Shown here one piece after another: positions 18,080 through 26,941 of a stretch of DNA of 64,000 bases (the first letter of the stretch is position 1; each line of letters begins with the position of its first letter). Below the pieces are notes generated by a model. The model worked only from the letters and a program-made list of their open reading frames with translations, was not told where the DNA came from and did no database searches. A program made the position numbers and the translations under genes. The DNA comes from Candidatus Spongiihabitans sp. GTDB taxonomy: Bacteria; Pseudomonadota; Gammaproteobacteria; Arenicellales; Poriferihabitantaceae. Where the stretch lies: the NCBI RefSeq assembly GCF_965237845.1, contig NZ_OZ250154.1, positions 195,121 through 259,120 on the forward strand, written 5' to 3'.

Positions 18080-18101
18080 GTTGCTTAACTAGTCAAGACC
18101 C
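18080..18101. repeat. Palindromic motif copy (GTTGCTTAACTAGTCAAGACCC) exactly at the truncation point of intI
   Basis: 18 of 22 nt (CTTAACTAGTCAAGACCC) are identical to 35840-35857. IntI homology starts at 18102. Confidence 0.8.
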
Positions 18102-18839
18102 TTGGTATTTATGTATAAGCAGGTGTTGGATATGAAGCCACCCTGGGTAACCGATGTGGTTCGTGCCAAGCCTAAGAAAAATATCCCTGTGGTATTAACG
18201 CGTGCTGAGGTGGTACGGGTGTTGTCGCATCTAAAAGGGCGTTATTATTTAATGGGACAACTGCTTTATGGCGCGGGGCTGCGGTTAATGGAGGTGGTGC
18301 GGTTGCGCGTTAAGGATATTGATTTTGGTTATAAATCGATTATTGTGCGTGATGGCAAGGGCAATAAAGATCGAGTAGTGATGTTGCCTGGTAAATTGAT
18401 TAAACCTTTACAAAGCGTTTTAAAAGAGCGCAAGCAGGTGTTTGATCAAGATTTAGCGAATGGTGTAGGCAGTGTTTATCTGCCTAATGCCCTGGCTAAA
18501 AAATATCCCAATGCTCAGAATGAGTGGATTTGGCAATTTGTATTTGCCTCACCGAATCTGTCAGCAGACCCGCGTACCGGTGTTGTGCGCCGTCATCATA
18601 TTTATGATCAATCTATTCAAAGAATGATTAAGCAGGCAACGCGTGATGGGCGCATTAGCAAAAAAGTCAGCCCGCATACTTTACGGCATTCTTTTGCTAC
18701 GCATTTATTAGAAACCGGTTATGATATTCGCACTATTCAAGAATTACTTGGGCATAAACATGTTGAGACTACGATGATTTACACGCATGTATTAAAACAA
18801 GGTGGGCAAGGGGTGCAAAGTCCATTAGATGTCTTATGA
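18102..18839 (+). pseudogene. intI: Integron integrase IntI, 5'-truncated (about 85-90 N-terminal residues missing)
   Basis: 245 aa collinear with the C-terminal three quarters of IntI1. It includes the integron-specific insertion [42 protein letters not shown] and the catalytic R...K...HTLRHSFAT...LLGH...MIYTHV. The frame is closed by TAG at 18090. Confidence 0.85.
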
Positions 18840-18950
18840 GTTATATGGGATGGATTTAGTTATGCTTCCCGGCTTGAGGCGGAAATACGGGACACCTACA
18901 AAATATTGACTCATGTCAGGCGACCGATAAGCCGGATGTTTCGTGGATGT

Positions 18951-19009
18951 CCTGTGGACTATGCGCCTTTCGATCTTTCCCATGTGGTCAAGCAGGTTCA
19001 ACTGCTGTT
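18951..19009 (+). pseudogene. Partial diverged copy (core plus right arm) of the same internal mrp segment
   Basis: CTGTGGACTATGCGCCTTTCGATCTTTCCCATGTGGTCAAGCAGGTTCAACTGCTGTTC aligns to 14921-14979. Confidence 0.8.
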
Positions 19010-19040
19010 CCCATTAGAGCAATGACTGAGATTTTCGACA

Positions 19041-20180
19041 ATGTCTGTAGAGTACATTAAGCAGGCGCTTAATACGGTGAAGCATCCGGTTTCGTCATCG
19101 CTAAGCCTGCCCCCCGCTTGTTACCATGATGAGGAGTGGTGGCGCCATGAGACCGTCTGTTTGTTCGGCAATGGCTGGTTCTGTATTGGGCGCGCTGATC
19201 AGTGGCAGGCACCCGGGGATTTCGAAGCGATCAATGTGGCCAATATTCCGGTCGTGATCATCATGGGCAAAGACCATAAATTACGCGCCATGTCCAATAC
19301 ATGTTTGCATCGCTCGAGTCAGATCATGTCTGGCAGTGGAAATTGTCGCGCCATGGTATGCCCATTCCATGGCTGGAGCTACGATGCCACAGGCCAGCTG
19401 ATTGCTGCGCCGAGGATGGAAACGGCAGAATGCTTTTCGGAAAATGAACATCAATTAAAACCGTTTAATGTGGCGCTCCAGGATGGTTTCGTATTCTTGA
19501 GTTTGCAAGATAATCCAGAGCCGTTGCATCAGTGGTTAGGAGATTTTTCGGACTTGCACCGCGCCTGGTCATTTAATGACTTGGCGACCAGCCGGCGGCG
19601 AAGTTTTGAGGTCGGCTGCAACTGGAAATTATTCATCGAAGTATTCAATGAATACTATCACCTGCCCCATGTACACCCGGATTCCATCAACGGGTTGTAT
19701 CCAGAGCCGGACTCGGCGGATGATGTCATCGGCCAATACACCAGCCAGTTTGGTCGAACCTCGGGCAATGCGGCCTTGCTTGAGATTGCACAACAGCAGG
19801 GCCGGTCCCTGCCGGTTATAAAATCACTGGATGAGACCCAGCGAACGGGCATGCGCTATACCTGGGTTTATCCGAATATGACCTTTGCCGCGAGTTCAGA
19901 CTGTTTATGGATGTATCATGTTTATCCATTGAGCGGCGCAAGCACCCGGGTAGTGCAAACCGTTTGTTTCCCCGCAGACACCGCTAAACTGAACGACTTC
20001 AATGCCAAGTCGGCCGAGTACTACAAGCGTTTTGATTTGGCCATAGACGAAGATATTCCGGCGCTGGAAAAACAACAGACTGGAATGCAGTCTCCGTACG
20101 CGGTTCAAGGGCGTTTTTCCGCGCTGGAGCCGAGCGTCGGCAACTTCGCCTGTTGGTATTCCGAAGCCACTCGTAAGTAA
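19041..20180 (+). CDS. Rieske [2Fe-2S] aromatic-ring-hydroxylating oxygenase alpha-subunit-like protein
   Basis: 379 aa with the Rieske motif CLHRSSQ...CPFHGWSY and a C-terminal catalytic-domain pattern (NEYYHLPHVHP). Confidence 0.8.
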   Translation: MSVEYIKQALNTVKHPVSSSLSLPPACYHDEEWWRHETVCLFGNGWFCIGRADQWQAPGDFEAINVANIPVVIIMGKDHKLRAMSNTCLHRSSQIMSGSGNCRAMVCPFHGWSYDATGQLIAAPRMETAECFSENEHQLKPFNVALQDGFVFLSLQDNPEPLHQWLGDFSDLHRAWSFNDLATSRRRSFEVGCNWKLFIEVFNEYYHLPHVHPDSINGLYPEPDSADDVIGQYTSQFGRTSGNAALLEIAQQQGRSLPVIKSLDETQRTGMRYTWVYPNMTFAASSDCLWMYHVYPLSGASTRVVQTVCFPADTAKLNDFNAKSAEYYKRFDLAIDEDIPALEKQQTGMQSPYAVQGRFSALEPSVGNFACWYSEATRK

Positions 20181-20250
20181 TGCCGCCGCGTTTTTTGTCG
20201 TGCAGCGTTTTGCTCTGGTTATGATGCCCACGACATCAGGATTTACGTCA

Positions 20251-20787
20251 TCAGGATTTACGCAATATCAGCATGAGGGCGAGCGTGGTTAAAACCGCCA
20301 GCCAAATCAAACTCCAGCCGGGCATGGAAATTCCAAACCAGGTCCAGGAAACTTCAGCGCATTCTCCTGCGCCTTTGAATACGGTTTCAAGCACTTTGCT
20401 GAACGGAAAAACCTCAAGCATATAATCAAGCCCAGGACCGCATTCGGGAACCTGATCCGCGGGCAGGCTTTGCAGCCACACGTGGCGGGCGGCAATGCCA
20501 AGACCCAGCACTCCGCAAACGCTGGCTAGAAATCCGTATAGCTTGCGGCCAACGTTGGTTGGGTTGTGTAAAAAACTTGCCAGAAACACAACCCCCATGC
20601 TGGTAAATGCGACGCGCTGGAAAATACATAACGGGCAAGGGTCTAAACCTTCGATATATTGAAAATAAAGAGCGATGGCAATCAGCAGCGCGCAGGCGAT
20701 AAACCCGATGAAAGAAAGTGATCGCGAAGAAATTGAAGGTGATGTCATAATGAATGAGGCGCTAATCGATTCTGCCTGATTGAACAT
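20251..20787 (-). CDS. dsbB: Disulfide bond formation protein B
   Basis: 178 aa, 4 TM, CPLCIFQR first Cys pair and a periplasmic-loop Cys pair (PECGPG...GECAEV). The start may be the internal Met 13 codons downstream. Confidence 0.8.
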   Translation of the reverse strand: MFNQAESISASFIMTSPSISSRSLSFIGFIACALLIAIALYFQYIEGLDPCPLCIFQRVAFTSMGVVFLASFLHNPTNVGRKLYGFLASVCGVLGLGIAARHVWLQSLPADQVPECGPGLDYMLEVFPFSKVLETVFKGAGECAEVSWTWFGISMPGWSLIWLAVLTTLALMLILRKS

Positions 20788-20800
20788 GCTTCATTTCCAC

Positions 20801-21022
20801 GCCTCGAGTGGTTATCTCTGGTTCGGGCGCGAGTGTGCTTTGTAAGAAGAACAGGGTCAAATGCTGGAAGGCTCGGTACTCGTTCCTGAAAAATATTCAT
20901 GCCCGAAGTGCGCCTCGAGTGGTTATCTCTGGTTCGGGCGCGAGTGTGCTTTGTAAGAAGAACGGGGTCAAATGCTGGAAGGCTCGGTACTCGTTCCTGA
21001 AAAATATTCATGCCCGAAGTGC
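20801..21022. repeat. Intergenic tandem duplication, 2 x 111 bp (1 mismatch)
   Basis: Unit gcctcgagtggttatctctggttcgggcgcgagtgtgctttgtaagaagaac(a/g)gggtcaaatgctggaaggctcggtactcgttcctgaaaaatattcatgcccgaagtgc occupies 20801-20911 and 20912-21022. Confidence 0.95.
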
Positions 21023-21037
21023 GCCGGTTTTGAATCG

Positions 21038-21781
21038 CTAAGGCGATATGCTGCGCCCGCCATCCACATTGATTACCTGTCCGGTGATATAGTTCGAATT
21101 TGCCAGTAAAAAATGGATGGTTTTGGCGATGTCTTCGGGTTCGCCGGCGCGCTTTAACGGGGTTTTTGAAATCATTCTTTGATGGGAAATTTCGTCGGTG
21201 TCGTTTTCAGGCCAAAGAATAGCGCCCGGGGCTATGGCATTGACTCGTATTTCAGGCCCCAGCTCATTGGCCAGGGATTTGGTTAACGATACCAGTCCGG
21301 CTTTTGATGCCGAATATATTGCGTAGTCTAAAAGGGGACGCTGCGCGTAGATGTCGGTAATGTTAATTATGCAACCATTTTGTTTCTTTAAATAGGGCGC
21401 TACCGCCTGTGAAAGAAAGTACGGGGCTTTGAGATTGGTATCCATGATGGTTTGCCATTGGCTTTCCTTGGACGAGGCAATCGGGGTGGGGAAAAATGCC
21501 GATGCATTGTTAACCAATGCATCGAGTTGGCCGAGCGCATTAACCGCTTCGCGGATGAGATATTTTACTTTGGCAATATCTCCAAGGTTTCCCTGGATCA
21601 ATCTCACCGAATCAGGTCGTATTTCGCAAAGCTCCGACCGAATTTGCTCGGCATCAACCGCACTATTGTTAAAATGAATAATGATACGCATGTCATGTTG
21701 GTGTAAATACCTGGCCGTGCAAGCGCCAATCCGGCGGCAGCCACCGGTTATTAACACAACTTTATTTTCAAGGTGATTCAT
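21038..21781 (-). CDS. folM: Short-chain dehydrogenase/reductase, pteridine reductase / dihydromonapterin reductase-like
   Basis: 247 aa with VVLITGGCRRIG Rossmann motif and YSASKAG catalytic motif. The gene symbol is tentative. Confidence 0.65.
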   Translation of the reverse strand: MNHLENKVVLITGGCRRIGACTARYLHQHDMRIIIHFNNSAVDAEQIRSELCEIRPDSVRLIQGNLGDIAKVKYLIREAVNALGQLDALVNNASAFFPTPIASSKESQWQTIMDTNLKAPYFLSQAVAPYLKKQNGCIINITDIYAQRPLLDYAIYSASKAGLVSLTKSLANELGPEIRVNAIAPGAILWPENDTDEISHQRMISKTPLKRAGEPEDIAKTIHFLLANSNYITGQVINVDGGRSISP

Positions 21782-22027
21782 ATTAAATGCATTTATAGAG
21801 TGCTATGACTGAAAAAAAGATAACCGAAAAATGATAGCATGGCTGGTCGAATTTTACCGAGTTAATCTCGGCTTTGGCATCCTCGGCAATTGCTCCTGCA
21901 TTGCTCTAATAAACTACGTCCATGTAGCGATGCGTCTCTCTACCTCCTGCATCCATGCAGTCGCCGGTTTTTCATTGTCGAATACGAAATTGCTATTTTA
22001 AGCGGATAACTAAACATCGTCATCGGT

Positions 22028-23242
22028 ATGATAAGCCCGCCAAACAAAATTCAACCAAACAAAATTCAAACTGAGCGCTCCGCTGCACTTTCAAATGTTA
22101 TCAGAGAATGTATTGAGCAGAATGACGGATGGATAAGTTTTGAACAATTCATGGGGTTGGCGTTGTATGCGCCGGGTTTAGGATACTATAGCGCGCGGTC
22201 GGAAAAAATTGGGGCGGACGGCGACTTCATTACTGCGCCATTGCTAGGTAAGCAATTTGCAGGATGCCTGGCCAGACAATGCAATGAAATTATTAAAAAT
22301 TTGGCGGCGGATCAACTGACTACGATTACTGAATTCGGTGCTGGCACTGGCCAGTTTGCGCTGGATTTCTTGATTCATCTGGATTCGCTGGGTCGGCTTC
22401 CGGACCGGTATCTAATTATTGAAACCAGTGCTGATTTAAAACAACGGCAAAAACAATTAATTGAAACCAGCGGCACCGAATATCTCGATATTATTAAATG
22501 GGCTCACGCGATTCCCGAAACCGGGATTAGCGGCGTTATTATCGCCAATGAGTTGCTCGATGCATTGCCGGTCATGCGATTTCAAATTGATGGCAGCGGA
22601 CAGGCAAAAGAACTTGGGGTGTCGATAATCGACGACCGGTTCGATTGGAAAGTTTCAACCCATTCAATCCCTGAAGTGTTGCAACAACGATTAAGCCAAT
22701 ATTCGCTGCCTCCAGGCTACCAGAGCGAAATTGGCAGGCAGGCCGAGGGCTGGGTTCGAACGATCGGTGAAAAGCTGATTTCAGGGGTTATGATTTTGAT
22801 TGACTATGGTTTCCCTCAGGCGGAGTTCTATCACTGGGATAGAGACCAGGGCACGTTAATGTGTCACTACCAACACATCGCCCATGACAATCCGTTTTAT
22901 TTTCCGGGCATCCAGGATATTACCTCTCATGTGGATTTTAGTGCTATTACCGCCGCCGGGCATGATGCGGACCTGCAAGTAATGGGTTATTGTGGTCAGG
23001 GCGGATTTTTGCTGTCGCTGGGGTTGCTGGAGAATTTTGAGGCCATACAAAATAATGCAACACAAAATAACACAGCGGCCAACCCGCATTCGATTTCGCG
23101 ATCACATACGCTGGCACAGGAAATAAAAAAACTAACCCTGCCTCACCAGATGGGTGAGTTATTCAAGGTTATCGCATTGGCAAAGAATTATCCCGGCCAA
23201 CTAAGCGGTTTTACCATGCAGAATCATAGCGGTCGGTTGTAA
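22028..23242 (+). CDS. Class I SAM-dependent methyltransferase, MidA/NDUFAF7 (DUF185) family
   Basis: 404 aa, FEQFMGLALYAPGLGYY...GDFITAP...EFGAGTG...ANELLDALPV pattern. The N-terminus contains an in-frame 15-bp duplication (PNKIQ x2). Confidence 0.75.
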   Translation: MISPPNKIQPNKIQTERSAALSNVIRECIEQNDGWISFEQFMGLALYAPGLGYYSARSEKIGADGDFITAPLLGKQFAGCLARQCNEIIKNLAADQLTTITEFGAGTGQFALDFLIHLDSLGRLPDRYLIIETSADLKQRQKQLIETSGTEYLDIIKWAHAIPETGISGVIIANELLDALPVMRFQIDGSGQAKELGVSIIDDRFDWKVSTHSIPEVLQQRLSQYSLPPGYQSEIGRQAEGWVRTIGEKLISGVMILIDYGFPQAEFYHWDRDQGTLMCHYQHIAHDNPFYFPGIQDITSHVDFSAITAAGHDADLQVMGYCGQGGFLLSLGLLENFEAIQNNATQNNTAANPHSISRSHTLAQEIKKLTLPHQMGELFKVIALAKNYPGQLSGFTMQNHSGRL

Positions 23243-24039
23243 TGGAGTGGACTCAGGCGTTGTGGCTGTCGGCTATCCAGGGCCTCACCGAATTTTTGCC
23301 GATATCCAGTTCAGGGCATCTCGCATTAGCGCCGGCGTTATTCAATTGGCCCGATCAGGGGCTGGCATTTGATGTTGCGGTGCATGTGGGGACATTGATT
23401 GCAGTTTTAATCTATTTTCACAAGGACATTGGTTTGATTATTGGCGACTGGATTGGTTCGCTGACCGGCGGGCCGGTCACTATTTACAGTAAGTTGGCGT
23501 GGTCCATCGCCTTTGCCACGGTACTCGTTGGCATCGCCGGTATTTTGCTCGAACATATTGTCAGTACGGTGCTGAGAAATCCGTTGTCCATTGCCGGCGC
23601 CACCATCGCCTTTGGGATTATTCTGGGGTTGACCGACAAATTTGGGGCAAAGCAACGGCGCATCGAATCAATCTCATGGAAAGATGTGTTGGTCATCGGC
23701 GGCGCGCAAGTGTTGGCGTTGATACCGGGCACATCGCGCTCGGGGATAACGATTTCCGCGGGCTTAATGATGGGATTGACCCGCGAGGCAGCAGCGCGAT
23801 TTTCATTTTTGATGGCTATACCGGTAATTACCCTGGCCGGCATTTGGCTGGGAAAAGGGTTGGTTGCTCAGGTGCAACCGGTGCAATGGTCAATTTTGGT
23901 TTTTGCAACCGCGGTATCCGCCATTGTTGCGATACTTTGCATTCATTATTTTTTACGCTATTTACAGCGATTCAGTTTGTTGCCCTTTATGATTTACCGA
24001 TTAATTCTGGGCGTGATTTTGCTTGTGGTCTTCCTGTAA
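23242..24039 (+). CDS. uppP: Undecaprenyl-diphosphate phosphatase
   Basis: 265 aa with EFLPISSSGHL and PGTSRSGITI motifs. The ATG overlaps the upstream stop. Confidence 0.9.
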   Translation: MEWTQALWLSAIQGLTEFLPISSSGHLALAPALFNWPDQGLAFDVAVHVGTLIAVLIYFHKDIGLIIGDWIGSLTGGPVTIYSKLAWSIAFATVLVGIAGILLEHIVSTVLRNPLSIAGATIAFGIILGLTDKFGAKQRRIESISWKDVLVIGGAQVLALIPGTSRSGITISAGLMMGLTREAAARFSFLMAIPVITLAGIWLGKGLVAQVQPVQWSILVFATAVSAIVAILCIHYFLRYLQRFSLLPFMIYRLILGVILLVVFL

Positions 24040-24109
24040 AATCCGGATTCAAATTTGTACTGCTCCAATTTGGTGAAATGATTTGATGTACTCCGCACCC
24101 CTAATATTT

Positions 24110-24144
24110 TTGATGCCACGTTCTAAGAATTTATAAACAAGGTG
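24110..24144 (+). repeat. Copy of the dispersed intergenic repeat (TTGATGCCACGTTCTAAGAATTTATAAACAAGGTG)
   Basis: Shares GATGCCACGTTCT and AAGAATTTATAAAC(A/G)AGGTG with the zapE upstream repeat units. It ends at the GTG start of the next gene. Confidence 0.7.
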
Positions 24145-24978
24145 AAAAAGACCGCCCAACAATTCAGGCAATGGCCAAACAAAGCGATTACCCTGCTGGG
24201 AATGTCCGGGGTGGGCAAGACAACGTTATCCACCAGGTTGCCGCGCGAGTCCTGGTTCCATTATTCCGGAGATTATCGAATAGGCACCAAATACCTTGAC
24301 GAGCCAATTTTGGATGACATTAAAACCAGAGTCATGGAAAATCAATCGATTAAAGAGTTGCTGCGCAGCGATTCAATATATATCCGCAATAATATAACCA
24401 TCGATCATCTGCATCCACTGTCATGCTTTTTGAGCAAGATCGGAAATCCTGATCTCGGCGGGTTAAATGTGGACGAATTCAAGCGTCGCCAAAACTTGTT
24501 TTTCGCTGCAGAAATTAACGCCATGGCGGATGTTCGTGAGTTCATGGAAAAAGCCCGGAAAATTTATAGTTATCCGCATTTCATCAATGATGCCGGGGGC
24601 AGTATATGTTACCTGACTGACCAGGAATGTTGGAACAACCTGAATGAATTGACCGTGGTTTTATATTTGCGTGCCAGCGATGATATGGAGAAAACATTGG
24701 TTGAGCGCGCCGGGAAAAACCCCAAGCCTTTGTTTTATGAAGAAAATTTTTTGGATCAACATTTGGCCAGATACCTGGAAGAAAACAATTTAAAATCGAC
24801 AGATGAAATGGTGCCGGATGAATTCGTGCAATGGGTTTTCCCCAAATTGATTAACTATCGCAAACCCCGGTACGAACGCCTGGCAGAAAAATATGGTCAT
24901 ACCATAGAGGCGGAAAAGATTTTTAAATTGCCGGAAGATGCGGACATTATCGATTTGGTTTGCGAAAGCATGTCATAG
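24142..24978 (+). CDS. P-loop NTPase (shikimate-kinase-like fold), function unknown
   Basis: 278 aa, GTG start, Walker A GMSGVGKTT. Confidence 0.6.
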   Translation: MKKTAQQFRQWPNKAITLLGMSGVGKTTLSTRLPRESWFHYSGDYRIGTKYLDEPILDDIKTRVMENQSIKELLRSDSIYIRNNITIDHLHPLSCFLSKIGNPDLGGLNVDEFKRRQNLFFAAEINAMADVREFMEKARKIYSYPHFINDAGGSICYLTDQECWNNLNELTVVLYLRASDDMEKTLVERAGKNPKPLFYEENFLDQHLARYLEENNLKSTDEMVPDEFVQWVFPKLINYRKPRYERLAEKYGHTIEAEKIFKLPEDADIIDLVCESMS

Positions 24979-25027
24979 CAGCCTGGATATTACCCGCCCT
25001 GATCATCTACCCTGCCCGCCTGCTCTT

Positions 25028-26134
25028 ATGCCACTGGTTGCCGATACAGATTTGCCCAATTTCGAACGACTTCGACAAGAGGGCCAGGAAGTTCTGGCTC
25101 TTGGTCGAGCGCAGAAACAGGATATCAGGGAATTGCATATTGGATTGTTAAATATGATGCCGGATGCCGCGTTGCAGGCTACCGAACGGCAATTTTTGCG
25201 ACTGGTGGGTTCTTGTAATCGAATAGCGCAGTTTTATGTGCATCCGTTCACCTTCGCGGAAATCCCGCGGCTGCCAGACACGCAGGCGCATATTGACAAG
25301 TACTACAGTCGCTTCGAAGATCTCAAAGAACAGGGCTTGGATGCGCTTATCCTGTCTGGCGCAAATCCTGCAAATAGCGATATCACCACCGAGCCCTTTT
25401 GGCAGCCATTGGCAAAAGTGGTGGATTGGGCCAAGGATAATGTTTGCTCGGTGATGTGTTCGTGCCTGGCAACGCATGCCATCGTGCAACAGCTTTGGGG
25501 AGTCGAACGGTATCCGCTGCCACAGAAGCGTTGGGGGGTGTATTCAAATAGAGTAACCGACCAATATCATCCATTGACGGTAAATATCGATAGCCGGTTT
25601 TATGCCCCGCACTCCCATGTTCATGAAGTTAACGCACAACAGTTTCGTGAAGCAGGCCTCATCGTTTTGGCGGAAAGCACGGAGTCGGGGCTACACCTTG
25701 GCGTGAGCCCCGACGGCCTTCGGTTTGTATTTTTCCAGGGTCATCCAGAATACGATGCGGTTAGTTTGCTGAAGGAGTACAAACGGGAAGTCATGCGATT
25801 TATTGAAGGCGTTCGTTCCAACTATCCGCCCTATCCAGAAAACTATTTTTTTGGTGAAGCCCGTGAGGTTCTGGATTCTTTCGAGAAAGAGATAGCCGCG
25901 TGTTCCGGAAACTTCGATAATCTACGCCCATTTCCTGATCAGGAGTTATCAAAAACCATCGATATCACCTGGTCTGATACTGGCAAGGCAATGGTCAATA
26001 ACTGGCTAGGGCTGGTTTACCAGGTTGCCAACAAAGACCGAGGAAAAGTATTCATGGACGGGGTCGATCCTGCAGACCCACTTGGATTGGTTTCGGGCAG
26101 AAGACAGGCCGACAAAAAGATGTGCCAGGAATAA
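25028..26134 (+). CDS. metA: Homoserine O-acyltransferase, MetA family
   Basis: LHIGLLNMMPDAALQATERQF...GHPEYD pattern. The start was set at the ATG at 25028 (MPLVADTDLPNFERL). Confidence 0.85.
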   Translation: MPLVADTDLPNFERLRQEGQEVLALGRAQKQDIRELHIGLLNMMPDAALQATERQFLRLVGSCNRIAQFYVHPFTFAEIPRLPDTQAHIDKYYSRFEDLKEQGLDALILSGANPANSDITTEPFWQPLAKVVDWAKDNVCSVMCSCLATHAIVQQLWGVERYPLPQKRWGVYSNRVTDQYHPLTVNIDSRFYAPHSHVHEVNAQQFREAGLIVLAESTESGLHLGVSPDGLRFVFFQGHPEYDAVSLLKEYKREVMRFIEGVRSNYPPYPENYFFGEAREVLDSFEKEIAACSGNFDNLRPFPDQELSKTIDITWSDTGKAMVNNWLGLVYQVANKDRGKVFMDGVDPADPLGLVSGRRQADKKMCQE

Positions 26135-26396
26135 TCGGCGCCTCTTAATCGGAATGTGATGCGGTTCGCACAAGCACGTTGACACCCTTGTCAACGCCTT
26201 CTACTGCGTTCGGCCCGGTCGCCGATTATGACATCCTGCCAGTTATGATGAACGCTGTTGTTTATTTCCTTGTCCATCTCCTTGATTTTGGCAACAGTCT
26301 CGTGCAAACCACACCCATTCCTTACGGCAATCAGGCGTTAACCCGCCAAAACTCGACTGCCCACTTGACTACCCACTCGTTTGATTCTGGTTAGAA

Positions 26397-26783
26397 TCAG
26401 TTGTGGTCACTATTTTTGCTCGGAGGGTTGTCCCGCATTTCCTGGCTAATTTTAGAAACACCGCCATTGAGGGTTGCGTATTTCTTTACATCTTCCAGAG
26501 TCTTTACACCAATTCCGCGAACTTCAAGTAGATCTTCAAAACTTTTAAATCCACCATTTTGTTGACGAAGTTTGATGATATCCGTCGCCTTGCCGGGACC
26601 AATTCCAGGGATGTACTCCAGCGTTTCGGCATCCGCCAGGTTAAGATTCACTTTTTCAGCCGCGCCGGCAATGGAAAACACTCCAATCGCCATTACCATT
26701 ACCGCATACTGAAAAAACCGCATAAAAAACCTGATGCCACTTTGCCCAGTGCGGGCCCTTTGTCTAATTGTTTGCATAATCAA
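26397..26783 (-). CDS. comEA: ComEA-type helix-hairpin-helix DNA-binding protein
   Basis: 128 aa with a signal/TM segment, then LNLADAETLEYIPGIGPGKATDII...LEVRGIGVKTLE (two HhH motifs). Confidence 0.75.
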   Translation of the reverse strand: MIMQTIRQRARTGQSGIRFFMRFFQYAVMVMAIGVFSIAGAAEKVNLNLADAETLEYIPGIGPGKATDIIKLRQQNGGFKSFEDLLEVRGIGVKTLEDVKKYATLNGGVSKISQEMRDNPPSKNSDHN

Positions 26784-26941
26784 TTCTCCTTGATTGTCTT
26801 GTTAATAAATGGCCCGTTGCAAAACCAAATAACGTGTTTTCACGCAGGGCAAACAGAATTTATCCAATTCAAATATTAAAAGATGTGATATAAGTCACAA
26901 ATAGGCGGTTTTTTGCCAATGAGAACACGTTGAGCATTGCC

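Noticed and set aside
20745-21041. ORFs of 88 aa (minus strand) and 77 aa (plus strand) spanning the 111-bp tandem repeat.
   Set aside because: They are open only because the unit length is a multiple of three and is duplicated. They have no start context, no motifs, and one overlaps the dsbB start in another frame.
26179-26394. A 71-aa plus-strand ORF, and a minus-strand open frame (…CGLHETVAKIKEMDKEINNSV…), in the metA/comEA spacer. Also a 7-bp-stem hairpin GTTGACACCCTTGTCAAC at 26179-26196.
   Set aside because: There are no motifs, no start codon for the minus-strand frame, and only weak resemblance to anything I know. The hairpin may be a metA terminator but lacks a U-tract.
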